A DNA stretch of 64,000 bases, taken from the sequence record PV654397.1; one strand, written 5' to 3'. Of this stretch, positions 20,221 through 29,969 are shown one piece after another (positions within the stretch are counted from its first letter, which is position 1; the number at the start of each line of letters is the position of its first letter). A program made the translations under genes and the position numbers. The notes beneath the pieces were generated by a model that saw only the letters and a list, made by a program, of their open reading frames with translations, made no database searches and was not told the origin of the DNA.

Positions 20221-20807
20221 AGTAGATCCTTATACATTGCATGTATTCTTACAATGTCTCTGTAATAACTCATATCTTCACGATTATCATTAAAAACAGT
20301 AACACTGAACACAGCAGTACTAATTGAACTATCAACAATGTACTCTTTTAATTTATTATAAAGATATATGCACTTAGTAGATGTATCATCCCACATAAGA
20401 CTATTTTGAAAGATGTTTTCTTCTGTGTTAGGATATAAGTACTGCTCAATCTTGTACCCCAATGAACTATCACAGTTTTTATATACAGAAATAGATGGGA
20501 CATTCATATTGCACATAATACTAATAACATTATCATTGTATGTAGAAATTAAACTGGTACTGGATGCTACACTTTCATCGTAATTCAGTACTGAAATTCT
20601 TGCATTATCTGTGCAGTACAGATGTTTCATTCCACCTCTCATAGCCATAGTAAGAAATTTATCAGTGAACCATATTCCTTTTGTTTTCAGTATAGTTTCA
20701 TGCATAAGATAAGTTTCAATGAAGATTTTTACACGCTCAAATGCCAAGTCAAGTTCATTGTACATAACGGATATCCTTCTGTAAAGAATCAATATATTCT
20801 TTAACAA
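20211..20807 (-). CDS. Family A protein
   Basis: EENIFQNSLMWD. Confidence 0.75.
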   Translation of the reverse strand: MLKNILILYRRISVMYNELDLAFERVKIFIETYLMHETILKTKGIWFTDKFLTMAMRGGMKHLYCTDNARISVLNYDESVASSTSLISTYNDNVISIMCNMNVPSISVYKNCDSSLGYKIEQYLYPNTEENIFQNSLMWDDTSTKCIYLYNKLKEYIVDSSISTAVFSVTVFNDNREDMSYYRDIVRIHAMYKDLLCY

Positions 20808-20982
20808 CTTGTTCCTGATACTGTGTACCCAAATACATCAGTACTTTTAACTCTTTGAATTCAGTACTATATGAGTTGATTTGCATCATTCTTTTAGAGT
20901 ATATACCGAATAGTTTGTTAATGTCATCTTGGTCTATTATTTTCATAAATTCTCTTTTTGACCTTATTTTGTAAGTACTCAA
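20755..20982 (-). CDS. Family B (LGTxYQ) protein
   Basis: YLGTQYQEQVVKEYI. Confidence 0.75.
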   Translation of the reverse strand: MSTYKIRSKREFMKIIDQDDINKLFGIYSKRMMQINSYSTEFKELKVLMYLGTQYQEQVVKEYIDSLQKDIRYVQ

Positions 20983-21151
20983 TATAACCCTTCATCGCAA
21001 CATCCTGTTTGTTAGAGCCAACGAAGAACAAAAGCTTGTATTCATGATAATTCATATTGGGCTTAGTGTTGAACCATATATCCCACACTGCACTCACAGT
21101 TCTTGTATATTCAATTCTATTAAATGTCTTTGAATACTTCATCGAAATCAA
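20924..21151 (-). CDS. Family B protein
   Basis: FVGSNKQDVAMKGYI. Confidence 0.7.
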   Translation of the reverse strand: MISMKYSKTFNRIEYTRTVSAVWDIWFNTKPNMNYHEYKLLFFVGSNKQDVAMKGYIEYLQNKVKKRIYENNRPR

Positions 21152-21656
21152 CCTTTAATAAATTGATATTTAAATTACTGTTAAATGCCATCTGTAATTC
21201 CATATAGAACTGAATGATAGCATAGTTTGGTTCAGTACAAGAAAGTTGAAAGCACTGTTCGTCGAATGAATGATAGTTATATTTTGGCATATTAATAGTG
21301 TACATTACTTCAGGATGCCCCCACTTCATAGCGTATACACTAATGTCATTGTTCTTTTTCTTTTTCTTAAACGATAATTGTTGGATATTACCATCTTTAT
21401 CAAGTAAAATAGAATTACCCGATACTGAAGAACCAATTGAAAGCAATGATGTATCAATGACGTGTTTCTCACGTATCTCACACTTCTGGAATGCACCATT
21501 CCCTTGTAGAAGTTTATGGAAATCGTACTTCTCACTAATAACTGTACTAGGATCAATTAATCCAGTACTGCATTTTTTCAGTACTGGTACGATAGTGCGA
21601 ATCTTTTTTGATAAATCTTGTAATGCATCATAATCATTAATGTTAATTTTTCTCAA
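21120..21656 (-). CDS. Family A protein
   Basis: DEQCFQLSCT. Confidence 0.7.
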   Translation of the reverse strand: MRKININDYDALQDLSKKIRTIVPVLKKCSTGLIDPSTVISEKYDFHKLLQGNGAFQKCEIREKHVIDTSLLSIGSSVSGNSILLDKDGNIQQLSFKKKKKNNDISVYAMKWGHPEVMYTINMPKYNYHSFDEQCFQLSCTEPNYAIIQFYMELQMAFNSNLNINLLKVDFDEVFKDI

Positions 21657-22099
21657 ACGGATGCCTCTTCTATAGTAACGAAATCAACTAACCTATCAAG
21701 TTTTTCAGTGTCTAGGTAAAATATATCCAGTACTGACTTCTGATATAGTACACTAAATGTACATAGATTGTCTAGTGTTCCTTCATTATAAACAGTACTT
21801 CCCTGGAAGTACCCTTCTTCTGTACTCAGAGATAAAATATCAGAAATTTTAAAAGATTCTTCATTCTCATGACGCTCTATCGTAACTTCATCATATTTTC
21901 TGTTCAATGAAATATAATCGTATGCTAATTCAATAGTACTACAGTTGTTGTTGCTAGTGTCAAATAAAGAATCAATTGTAATCTTCGTGCCATTAGAAAC
22001 TTCTCTTCGTTCATCATCTACGTATTCAGGATTTTCTTTGAAGAACTTAACAACTTTTAGAATATCATTTGCTTTCTTGATTGCACTTTCGTAACTCAT
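21653..22099 (-). CDS. Family A protein
   Basis: EEGYFQGSTVY. Confidence 0.75.
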   Translation of the reverse strand: MSYESAIKKANDILKVVKFFKENPEYVDDERREVSNGTKITIDSLFDTSNNNCSTIELAYDYISLNRKYDEVTIERHENEESFKISDILSLSTEEGYFQGSTVYNEGTLDNLCTFSVLYQKSVLDIFYLDTEKLDRLVDFVTIEEASV

Positions 22100-22539
22100 T
22101 TTTTTCTGGACTCCATATATATCACCTGATTTAGTTCATATACATAATCTAAATCAATGAATATAGAATTATTAAAGTTCTCTTTCAGGAATGCATTAAA
22201 AACTACTAAAGCTCTTAACGCCCCATTTGGGTATATAGTACTGTACTGGAAGTAAGCATCTTCTGAATTTAAAAATAGTACTTCTTCTTCTGTGAATTCA
22301 AAATATTTGCCATCTTCCTCTATAGAATAGAAAGTTCCAGAATCCCATACGAAGTACTTGAATTCCAAATCATAATCATGTGACTCGTACTTATATTCAT
22401 TACCTAATCCTAGTATATCTGTTCCAACACTTATAGTACTAATATATGCCCCTTTATAGTCTAAGTACTTTACATTATTTTGAAAGAACTTTACTATATT
22501 AACTAATTCTTCAGCGTGCTTAAGAACACTTTCGTACAT
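22096..22539 (-). CDS. Family A protein
   Basis: EDAYFQYSTIY. Confidence 0.75.
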   Translation of the reverse strand: MYESVLKHAEELVNIVKFFQNNVKYLDYKGAYISTISVGTDILGLGNEYKYESHDYDLEFKYFVWDSGTFYSIEEDGKYFEFTEEEVLFLNSEDAYFQYSTIYPNGALRALVVFNAFLKENFNNSIFIDLDYVYELNQVIYMESRKK

Positions 22540-22853
22540 TATATTTCAATCTCTATATATTTTTGGGTAATTAAGTAATCCCAGTAGTACTTCACTTGTT
22601 TTTGTATCTCAAGTAAAGCATAAAAATTAATTCTCTTATCCCATACAAGTGATTCCTGAAAAATAAATGATTCATGATCATCTCTGTAATCGCATTCAAG
22701 GAAGTCAGGAATATAATCACAATCGTGAAGATATTCAATCATTAAAGATTCATTACATCTTCTAATGGCAAGGAGCTGGAAATTATCATGATCGAAGAAA
22801 TACATTAAACTAATTGTACCAGGAATGTACTGAATACTGTATAAGAATTTCAT
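22539..22853 (-). CDS. Family A protein (short type)
   Basis: ESFIFQESLVWD. Confidence 0.75.
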   Translation of the reverse strand: MKFLYSIQYIPGTISLMYFFDHDNFQLLAIRRCNESLMIEYLHDCDYIPDFLECDYRDDHESFIFQESLVWDKRINFYALLEIQKQVKYYWDYLITQKYIEIEI

Positions 22854-23293
22854 CGTTTGCCCTTATATGCTTCACGTACATATTCATAATCCAAATAAAA
22901 TCTTGTACTATCAATACTTTTAAAGTACCACATAATAACTAAAGTATCTAGTACTTCATCATCATACAAAGTACTATTCTGAAAGTAATACTCTTCACTA
23001 TCCCACGGACCTTTCAGTACTTCAAAGTTCAATTTTAAAGGTCTGCTGCGATTATAAAAACGGATTTCACCACCATAAGCATAACTGATAAATTCTGCAT
23101 CTGGATTGTATTGTGAAAAATCTGCGGGACTTTTGGAATTCAGCCCAAGAATAACTGTAGTTGTGGTAAAATCACTATCCTTGTAGTAGTTACCATTCTC
23201 GGCTTTGTATACTTCTTCGAACTTCCCAGCCTTGATATCTTCAATATATACCTGTAGTTCTTTTGCTTTATCCAGAGCACTTTGTAATGACAT
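22850..23293 (-). CDS. Family A protein, GPW subfamily
   Basis: GPWDSEEYYFQNSTLY. Confidence 0.8.
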   Translation of the reverse strand: MSLQSALDKAKELQVYIEDIKAGKFEEVYKAENGNYYKDSDFTTTTVILGLNSKSPADFSQYNPDAEFISYAYGGEIRFYNRSRPLKLNFEVLKGPWDSEEYYFQNSTLYDDEVLDTLVIMWYFKSIDSTRFYLDYEYVREAYKGKR

Positions 23294-23759
23294 TATCTTC
23301 CCCTACAGTATTCTCTACGTATTCATAATCGAAATAGAAACTATCAGAACCAATACTTTTAAAGTACCACATAATTACAATAACATCTAATTCTTCTTCA
23401 TTGTACACAGTACTGTTCTGGAAGTAATATTCTTCACTATCCCACGGACCTTCTAGTACTGAATACGGAATGATTGTGTCATAATCATCGTAATCAGGGC
23501 TGTAAATTATAATATCTTCATCTCTACAATAACTAATGTACTGATTGTACATATGATATTCACAGTCATCAGTATCACCCGTATCAGTGTGTAGTACTAA
23601 TGTTTCTGCACATATCTCTGACTCATCATAATCGTCGCGGTCTTTTACAAAAAATTCAGTATCAGATGTTTTATACACACCAGGCACTGAACCTTCTTGT
23701 ACCATAATCATGTACTCATGAATCTTCTTTGCTTCTTTCAATGCACTTTCTAATGACAT
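23268..23759 (-). CDS. Family A protein, GPW subfamily
   Basis: GPWDSEEYYFQNSTVY. Confidence 0.8.
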   Translation of the reverse strand: MSLESALKEAKKIHEYMIMVQEGSVPGVYKTSDTEFFVKDRDDYDESEICAETLVLHTDTGDTDDCEYHMYNQYISYCRDEDIIIYSPDYDDYDTIIPYSVLEGPWDSEEYYFQNSTVYNEEELDVIVIMWYFKSIGSDSFYFDYEYVENTVGEDNVITKCSG

Positions 23760-23761
23760 TA

Positions 23762-24202
23762 CTAATCCCCTGTACTTAAATATTCACATGCTCCCCAGTC
23801 AAGGAAGAAGGGTTCAAAATTCAATTCCTTAAAGTACCACAAAACAACCAAGGAATCAAGCATTTCTTGGTTAAAAATAAGACTCTGTTGGAAGTAATAC
23901 TCTTCAGTACCCCACGGCCCATCAAGTACCCCGAAGTCAACAGGTGTATTTGATGTGTCAAAAGTAATCTTAGTACCTGGAATATATACAAAAAAACTAG
24001 TATATTGACTACATGAAGAGTACTGTATAGTATTGTCTTTATCATGGCCCATAAGTAAAATATCATCAGAGTATGTCTTTATACCTGATAGATAATACTC
24101 ATTACCAAATGCACTTACTTTATCACCATAGAAACCACTTTTTATGTTATCGTGGAAGTGATGTATTTTGTGTGCCAGTTTAAGTGCACTTGCTAAACTC
24201 AT
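23762..24202 (-). CDS. Family A protein, GPW subfamily
   Basis: GPWGTEEYYFQQSLIF. Confidence 0.8.
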   Translation of the reverse strand: MSLASALKLAHKIHHFHDNIKSGFYGDKVSAFGNEYYLSGIKTYSDDILLMGHDKDNTIQYSSCSQYTSFFVYIPGTKITFDTSNTPVDFGVLDGPWGTEEYYFQQSLIFNQEMLDSLVVLWYFKELNFEPFFLDWGACEYLSTGD

Positions 24203-24669
24203 ATATCCTCTTTAATAACTCGTAGTAGATCCAAGTCCAGATAGAAGCTAGGACAATCGGTATTATTAAAGTACCACAGAATGACAAGCTTGTCAAGCAC
24301 ATATTCCTCGTAGATAGTATTCTGCTGGAAGTAGAACTCTTCACTTCCCCAGTCATTATCCAGTACTGAATACGGAAGATGTTTCTCTGCTGCACCAGTT
24401 ATAATGTCAGTATATTGTATTAAAATATCAGCATCACGACAGAAGTACATGTAATTATCTTCCAGGTTAACATCACACCCAGTGAGTGTTGTTTCAGAAG
24501 AATCTAAGTTTTCTTCGTACATGTGAATGTACTCACTACTGTCATCGTATATCATTCGACAATAAGCTTTACCTTCCTTGAATAGATACCCATTGAGTTG
24601 ATTGAGTACTATTTCCTTTTTACATAAATCAATTAACTTAGCAATTTCTAATGCTCTTGCAAAACTCAT
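24199..24669 (-). CDS. Family A protein, GPW subfamily
   Basis: NDWGSEEFYFQQNTIY. Confidence 0.8.
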   Translation of the reverse strand: MSFARALEIAKLIDLCKKEIVLNQLNGYLFKEGKAYCRMIYDDSSEYIHMYEENLDSSETTLTGCDVNLEDNYMYFCRDADILIQYTDIITGAAEKHLPYSVLDNDWGSEEFYFQQNTIYEEYVLDKLVILWYFNNTDCPSFYLDLDLLRVIKEDI

Positions 24670-24670
24670 A

Positions 24671-24856
24671 TCAACTCCTGTGTTGTGTCTTGATATAATC
24701 TCGGTAAACCATGTGAATATTAGCTATATACAATTCACTAATATCATATGTACCGAAGTACATATCATTCCTAATGCTGTTGTTATGTCTAATATCAATT
24801 ACGAATCGTCGAAGTATTGTATTCATAAATGATTCCATTTGTTCTTTTTTATTCAT
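24671..24856 (-). CDS. Small protein, possibly degenerate family B
   Basis: MYFGTYDISELYI. Confidence 0.55.
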   Translation of the reverse strand: MNKKEQMESFMNTILRRFVIDIRHNNSIRNDMYFGTYDISELYIANIHMVYRDYIKTQHRS

Positions 24857-25269
24857 AGCTTAAAACGATACCTATCTTTGGAATCAGTCTCTATGCAGAT
24901 TCTTCTATATTCTTTCATCTTCTGTTGGAGTTCAATTACTTCCTCTAGTGTACACAAGTACTTCTTGTCAAATATTAATGACTCTTGAAATATTTCAGCC
25001 TCACCCTGTACTGTTGTATAGTCTTTCATATTTTCTACAATTGTTCCTTTGGACTGATAATCAATGAAACTAAAGTAAGCACCATTAAATTTAATGTACT
25101 GATCCATTTTGTGTTCATAATCACCTTTGTTAAGATTGCAATACACTTCCAGTGAAGTACTAATCTTAGGTATAAACATTGAATAATCATATTTCATATT
25201 ACTTACCTGCATTGAAATAATAGTTACTTGTTGTTGGGGTAGATGTATCAAAGGTGTTTTCTTTAACAT
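24853..25269 (-). CDS. Family A protein, CNLxKGD subfamily
   Basis: CNLNKGD; AEIFQESLIFDKKY. Confidence 0.8.
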   Translation of the reverse strand: MLKKTPLIHLPQQQVTIISMQVSNMKYDYSMFIPKISTSLEVYCNLNKGDYEHKMDQYIKFNGAYFSFIDYQSKGTIVENMKDYTTVQGEAEIFQESLIFDKKYLCTLEEVIELQQKMKEYRRICIETDSKDRYRFKL

Positions 25270-25564
25270 ATCTCTTCATTTCATTTTGTATAAAAATCAT
25301 ATCTTCTATTGTACATGAGTACTTATTCTTGTCAAACACCAAAGAAGCTTGAAATAGTTCAACATCATCCAGTACTGTATAATCTGTAATACTTTCAGAG
25401 TTATAGTCGAAGTCATCATGCAATACATCAATGAAATTAAAACACAAATCCGAGTACTGAATATATAAACTCAACTCATGTTCCGAATCACCCTTGACAA
25501 GATTACAGCACAAATCCCACCCCGTTCTGGACTTACAAACGTACATTGAATAATCATATGTCAT
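25199..25564 (-). CDS. Family A protein, CNLxKGD subfamily
   Basis: CNLVKGD; VELFQASLVFDK. Confidence 0.8.
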   Translation of the reverse strand: MTYDYSMYVCKSRTGWDLCCNLVKGDSEHELSLYIQYSDLCFNFIDVLHDDFDYNSESITDYTVLDDVELFQASLVFDKNKYSCTIEDMIFIQNEMKRYVKENTFDTSTPTTSNYYFNAGK

Positions 25565-25920
25565 TCTGGTATTCCTATATTGAATTTGTATTCTTGATTA
25601 ATACTGACATTGCCTTTATTCAAAGAGTCATACTCTTTCATTTCATTTTGTATTGCAATAACTTCTTCAAATGTACACAAGTACTTCTTATCAAATACTA
25701 ATGACTCCTGGAATAGTTCAGCGGCATCCATTACTGTATAATCCGGCATATCCTGATGCGGATACTGTAATGAATTGTAATCAATGAATGTAAATTTACC
25801 CTGAGTGAAATGAATATACTCATTTGCACTGTGCATCAAATCACCTTTGTTTAAATTACAAAAGTACTGAAAACTGTTCTTAAAAGAATGTACTGATATT
25901 ACAAAATCAAATTCCATCAC
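25561..25920 (-). CDS. Family A protein, CNLxKGD subfamily
   Basis: CNLNKGD; AELFQESLVFDKKY. Confidence 0.8.
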   Translation of the reverse strand: MMEFDFVISVHSFKNSFQYFCNLNKGDLMHSANEYIHFTQGKFTFIDYNSLQYPHQDMPDYTVMDAAELFQESLVFDKKYLCTFEEVIAIQNEMKEYDSLNKGNVSINQEYKFNIGIPE

Positions 25921-26342
25921 TCTTCTCCTAGATTAAAAAATTTCCAGAAATCAACTTCACCAGTACTGCACCAGATATCTATACATTCCTTGTGAATACA
26001 TTTAATTCTATGCTGGATTTCAACCATCTCTTCTAATGTACAGATGTACTTCTTATCAAATACTAATGCCTCCTGAAACAGTGCAGCATCATCAAGTACT
26101 GTATAGTCCTGCATCTCGATAGATATCCCATGAAACCCAGTACTAAAATCCATCAAATAAAAGTCAGCATTCCAGTACTTTAAAATCTTGTCCCTGGCGT
26201 AGTTTAAATCACCCTTGTATAAGTTACAATGCGTAACTAACTCACCAGTGTACATGAATGTCCTTGCACAAAATTCATTATATTTTATTTGCATCTTCAT
26301 TTCAATCGTAATCTCTACTATAATTAATAAGGTAAACGCCAA
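25917..26342 (-). CDS. Family A protein, CNLxKGD subfamily (5' end uncertain, next to gap)
   Basis: CNLYKGD; AALFQEALVFDKKY. Confidence 0.75.
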   Translation of the reverse strand: MAFTLLIIVEITIEMKMQIKYNEFCARTFMYTGELVTHCNLYKGDLNYARDKILKYWNADFYLMDFSTGFHGISIEMQDYTVLDDAALFQEALVFDKKYICTLEEMVEIQHRIKCIHKECIDIWCSTGEVDFWKFFNLGEE

Positions 26343-26391
26343 TATAAGGAGAACGTTTGCGGCGGGGTATTTTTTGTTTCAGGAAACATGA

Positions 26392-26441
26392 NNNNNNNNN
26401 NNNNNNNNNNNNNNNNNNNNNNNNNNNNNNNNNNNNNNNNN
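26392..26441. other. Assembly gap (50 N)
   Basis: Run of N with atypical homopolymer-rich flanks. Confidence 0.98.
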
Positions 26442-26502
26442 ACATGTTTTTCAGCGAAAATTTTTTTGACCCCCCCCTGCGGCCTGTGAAAACAAAACGT
26501 CT

Positions 26503-26727
26503 CTATTTATTCAGCCTAGAAAGCTTGATTTCTTCAATCCTTTTCATCGCACAAAGCCTTCGACTCGTCTTCTCGTATATATTCAATACTCGTTGTACTG
26601 CATTATCTGCATCATCTGCAACTGCAATCTGAACCAAATATGTATCCTTCAAAATCGAATCCATCATGTATTCAAAACCTTTCACACTATAACAATATAC
26701 CACTTCCGGCTCTTCAAACGTAATCAT
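26503..26727 (-). CDS. Hypothetical protein
   Basis: ORF in the tiling path. Confidence 0.55.
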   Translation of the reverse strand: MITFEEPEVVYCYSVKGFEYMMDSILKDTYLVQIAVADDADNAVQRVLNIYEKTSRRLCAMKRIEEIKLSRLNK

Positions 26728-26917
26728 AATTCCAATCCCCTATCCCATCTAACCTTCTAAGATATCTTGCGTAAATTATTTCGAAATATCTGTGCAACGA
26801 AATTACGGATTGCTCATAATCATCATTCCTGTACATTGTGCATGTAAGAAAATCATTTAAACCGTAATCTAAACTGCACTTGAACTTCTCCTTTGCAACA
26901 TCTCTAAAATTATCCAT
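26714..26917 (-). CDS. Hypothetical protein
   Basis: ORF with AGAGGA RBS. Confidence 0.6.
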   Translation of the reverse strand: MDNFRDVAKEKFKCSLDYGLNDFLTCTMYRNDDYEQSVISLHRYFEIIYARYLRRLDGIGDWNYDYV

Positions 26918-27080
26918 AATATGTCCTCTGCACAGCGTAGGTGTACTGTGAACTCAGCACCGTTAATAGGTAATCTATGTTGTAAGCACGATTTCCTCGT
27001 TGACTAGCACGACTAGAATAAAGAATATTATCCACATATGTATCGAACTGTTCTTCAAATAACTCTTTCATCAGCACCCT

Positions 27081-27707
27081 TTAGCACCCTTTAACAACTT
27101 TTGAAATGTAATCTTCTAATGCACCAATGTTCTTTGTATTCGTTCGAACTAAAAGATAACTTAAATTCTCGAACTCCTGAACATAATGCTTAACAGCGTA
27201 CATGCATCGTAATTCAAAATCTGTATGAACCGTTTTGTACTGAAATAACATCTCTTCTGAAGCATCTAAAAGCTCTGTAGCTTGTTCTGTACTGAACTTA
27301 AAGGGATTCTGTACTCCTGAACTAAAACACTTTTGTTCGTTCGTCTGGACACCCTGTGATAGATATAATCCTGTGCTACCATCTTGTGTTGATATCGAAT
27401 TGAAACCATTACTTGCAACCATTAAATCTGAACTCAATACAAATAATAATTTATCTTCCTTATGAATTAATAAATCTGACTTCAGGGATTTTATTCCTGT
27501 ACTGGTTATATCACCTATACTAAGATTGTCACTGAACTTCTCAGCGTTGTTCGCAATGCTCTGGACAAGATTTTTTAATCTCTTAATGGCACTTCTGTCT
27601 TTTTCTAATGTATCTAATAAACTCATTGAACTCATTGTACTTTCCTTACATATTTGTACCGAACAAAACGGAACTTTGAATGCCATTAATCGACACTTCA
27701 TGTACAT
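27081..27707 (-). CDS. Family A protein (start likely over-extended)
   Basis: EEMLFQYKTVH. Confidence 0.75.
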   Translation of the reverse strand: MYMKCRLMAFKVPFCSVQICKESTMSSMSLLDTLEKDRSAIKRLKNLVQSIANNAEKFSDNLSIGDITSTGIKSLKSDLLIHKEDKLLFVLSSDLMVASNGFNSISTQDGSTGLYLSQGVQTNEQKCFSSGVQNPFKFSTEQATELLDASEEMLFQYKTVHTDFELRCMYAVKHYVQEFENLSYLLVRTNTKNIGALEDYISKVVKGC

Positions 27708-27990
27708 ATATATTTTGTCTGAATACCTGAAGCAATTGAACTAAACTTTGTTGCATAATAATATGCATCGCTAAATTATCAAAGGCCGTTTCGTGTTGGA
27801 ATCGTGCAGCTTCATCTTCTATGAAATTCGGAACTTGGACTGGATTCTCAAAATTTGTCCTTGTACTGAACTGTACATCATTGTCCTGTACCTTAATACC
27901 ATATGAATTATCATTGTTATCAACTACATCAAATTCAATTAAACTACCATCTTTACTGACGTTTACTATATAAACTGAAAATCTACTCAT
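27646..27990 (-). CDS. Family A protein
   Basis: DEAARFQHETAF. Confidence 0.7.
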   Translation of the reverse strand: MSRFSVYIVNVSKDGSLIEFDVVDNNDNSYGIKVQDNDVQFSTRTNFENPVQVPNFIEDEAARFQHETAFDNLAMHIIMQQSLVQLLQVFRQNIYVHEVSINGIQSSVLFGTNM

Positions 27991-28505
27991 AATCCTATTT
28001 CCTTTAAATCTTCCAAAAATGTTTCATAATCACTTAAGGAAAAAAAGATATCCGTATCGATGTTCGCATCTAATACATTATACAAATTCTGCATCTGTAA
28101 CACATCAGGAGCATCAATCAATGATTGCTGGAAATATGCAGCTTCATCTTCTAAAATATCCCTGAATGTTCTCTCTCGTACTCTGTGGTGTACTGAATTG
28201 AATATTGTTTTCTCATCCTTAAGCATTGGTAGGTATCGAATGTACATGTGTTCTCTTAGCTCAGGACTGATGGAACCCCTGAACTGTAACACGTATTCGA
28301 AGCACATAGCAACATCCTGAAGGTAATTGGCACTGTAATTATTGCTGTAAACAATCTTATGACTTCTGAACTCATCATCATTTCTGAACCAATTGTCACC
28401 TACTCTGGTGTACTTATGACTAAGCAATCCACCCTCTAACGCTTTGATGATCTTCAAAATGTTGTGTGCAAATGCATATGATGTATTGTACTTGGCCTGA
28501 TACAT
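27987..28505 (-). CDS. Family A protein
   Basis: DEAAYFQQSLID; start trimmed to MYQAKY downstream of the promoter at 28549-28577. Confidence 0.75.
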   Translation of the reverse strand: MYQAKYNTSYAFAHNILKIIKALEGGLLSHKYTRVGDNWFRNDDEFRSHKIVYSNNYSANYLQDVAMCFEYVLQFRGSISPELREHMYIRYLPMLKDEKTIFNSVHHRVRERTFRDILEDEAAYFQQSLIDAPDVLQMQNLYNVLDANIDTDIFFSLSDYETFLEDLKEIGL

Positions 28506-28548
28506 GTGTGCCTCAACCTTATCTTGTGTTAAAATATTCACTGAAATG

Positions 28549-28577
28549 ATTATAACACAAAAGCACCACGATGTTAA
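28549..28577 (-). promoter_or_regulatory. sigma70 promoter with TGTG extended -10
   Basis: TTAACA-N17-TATAAT, TGTGT before the -10. Confidence 0.65.
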
Positions 28578-28714
28578 GCACTCTGTTGTCAAAATCATCT
28601 TGTGATGTAGGATGCAAGGACGCATTGATGTTAAAATTCACTATATCATTGTGGAATTGGTATGTGAACAAATCAAACTTCGTATGCCTTTGTTTGATAT
28701 CATAGGCGGTCATA

Positions 28715-29323
28715 TTATATATTCAACCCTTTAACAATGGAAATAAATTCTTTGTAAACATTTTCAGGTAAAGCTCTACTACCATAAAGAACACTAAATT
28801 CAGGTAACATATCCGAAATCTCTTTCGCTAAATTTATTTCATCCCTGAACATTTGCACAGGCATGATATCCTGTACCAATGATAACTGAAAGAAAAATGA
28901 TTCAATATCTTCATGCACCTCTGAATTTAAATAAATCTCTTCTGGAAACTGGGCTGTACTGTAATAATAAAATACATCAATTCTTTTTTCATTATTTTGT
29001 ACAAGAGGTAAATTTCTTTCGTCTCTCTTATTAATATTTGTTTTCCATGACTCAATGTTATTCGGAACCCAAAACTCATAAGGTGTCTTCTCTCCTGAAA
29101 TATTATCCAGCTTCAATCCATAATATTCACTTTCGCCGTACTTTTGCTTCAAAACAATACCTGTACTACTGATGTTTACAATGTACGTATCAACAATCCC
29201 TTCTGTGGTAAAAGGAATATTTAACTCTGAACCTTCAGGGTACTTAGCATTGAATGCATCTAATGCTTTACTTAGCACTGGAATTGTATTTGTACTGTAC
29301 TTCATTAATTGGTCTATGTTCAT
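28715..29323 (-). CDS. Family A protein
   Basis: ESFFFQLSLVQD. Confidence 0.75.
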   Translation of the reverse strand: MNIDQLMKYSTNTIPVLSKALDAFNAKYPEGSELNIPFTTEGIVDTYIVNISSTGIVLKQKYGESEYYGLKLDNISGEKTPYEFWVPNNIESWKTNINKRDERNLPLVQNNEKRIDVFYYYSTAQFPEEIYLNSEVHEDIESFFFQLSLVQDIMPVQMFRDEINLAKEISDMLPEFSVLYGSRALPENVYKEFISIVKGLNI

Positions 29324-29895
29324 TTTAATTCCCCTGTAATCACTGCATTTACTGCACTTGATGCAAATAAACTGATATTTGAACGATACATATCGTACAC
29401 TGTACTTTCTTTCTTGTGCACAATGAAATCATAAAGATCGACGAATGCAGGAATAATAATCTTGAATGATTTATTTGGGTACGTCCCAAAATCAACTGTA
29501 CTCAATTTTGCAACGAGCATAACAACAAAGATTTCTTCTGGACTATGCAATGTACTGTACTGAAAATATTCCTCAGCACTCATGGCACTTATTGCATTTA
29601 TATCTTGTGTTTGTAATGTAATATTAAGATATTCAAAAATAGAATAAAACTCTGATTTTGTTTGTATTTTGTATTTGTCAATTGGGGTATCTCTCATGAA
29701 CCATAAACGATCTTGTCCATAAAAAGGAATGATTGAATTTGGGGAAGCCAGAAATACTTCTTCTCTATCAATATCCTTTAACTCAATTTGCATACCGGAT
29801 GAATTGGCAATAATTAATTCATTAAAAATATAATGAACCTTGTGTACAATCTCTTGTACTGAATTGAAATCATCTGGTATTTTAAAATTTTCCAT
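29320..29895 (-). CDS. Family A protein
   Basis: AEEYFQYSTLH. Confidence 0.75.
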   Translation of the reverse strand: MENFKIPDDFNSVQEIVHKVHYIFNELIIANSSGMQIELKDIDREEVFLASPNSIIPFYGQDRLWFMRDTPIDKYKIQTKSEFYSIFEYLNITLQTQDINAISAMSAEEYFQYSTLHSPEEIFVVMLVAKLSTVDFGTYPNKSFKIIIPAFVDLYDFIVHKKESTVYDMYRSNISLFASSAVNAVITGELK

Positions 29896-29922
29896 AGGTA
29901 TCTCCTTAAAAAATGATTACAC

Positions 29923-29951
29923 ATTGTACCATGCATTTGTACTCGTGTCAA
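29923..29951 (-). promoter_or_regulatory. sigma70 promoter
   Basis: TTGACA-N17-TACAAT upstream of ORF 29895. Confidence 0.7.
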
Positions 29952-29969
29952 ACAAAAAAAGCCCATATC

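Noticed and set aside
17366-22099. Family A motif resembles the TEV protease site ENLYFQ/G-S (EEMYFQG, EEGYFQG)
   Set aside because: The residue after Q is highly variable while Q+2 (S) and downstream hydrophobics are conserved, which fits a structural helix better; no protease is in the window. Kept only as a remote possibility testable by N-terminomics.
26340-26500. ORF 26357-26632(+) and apparent inverted repeat around the N-run
   Set aside because: It spans an assembly gap, and the homopolymer-rich flanks look like low-quality read ends
28519-28713. 64-aa ORF between family A genes
   Set aside because: It overlaps a good promoter and has no motif; it could be real but is not supportable
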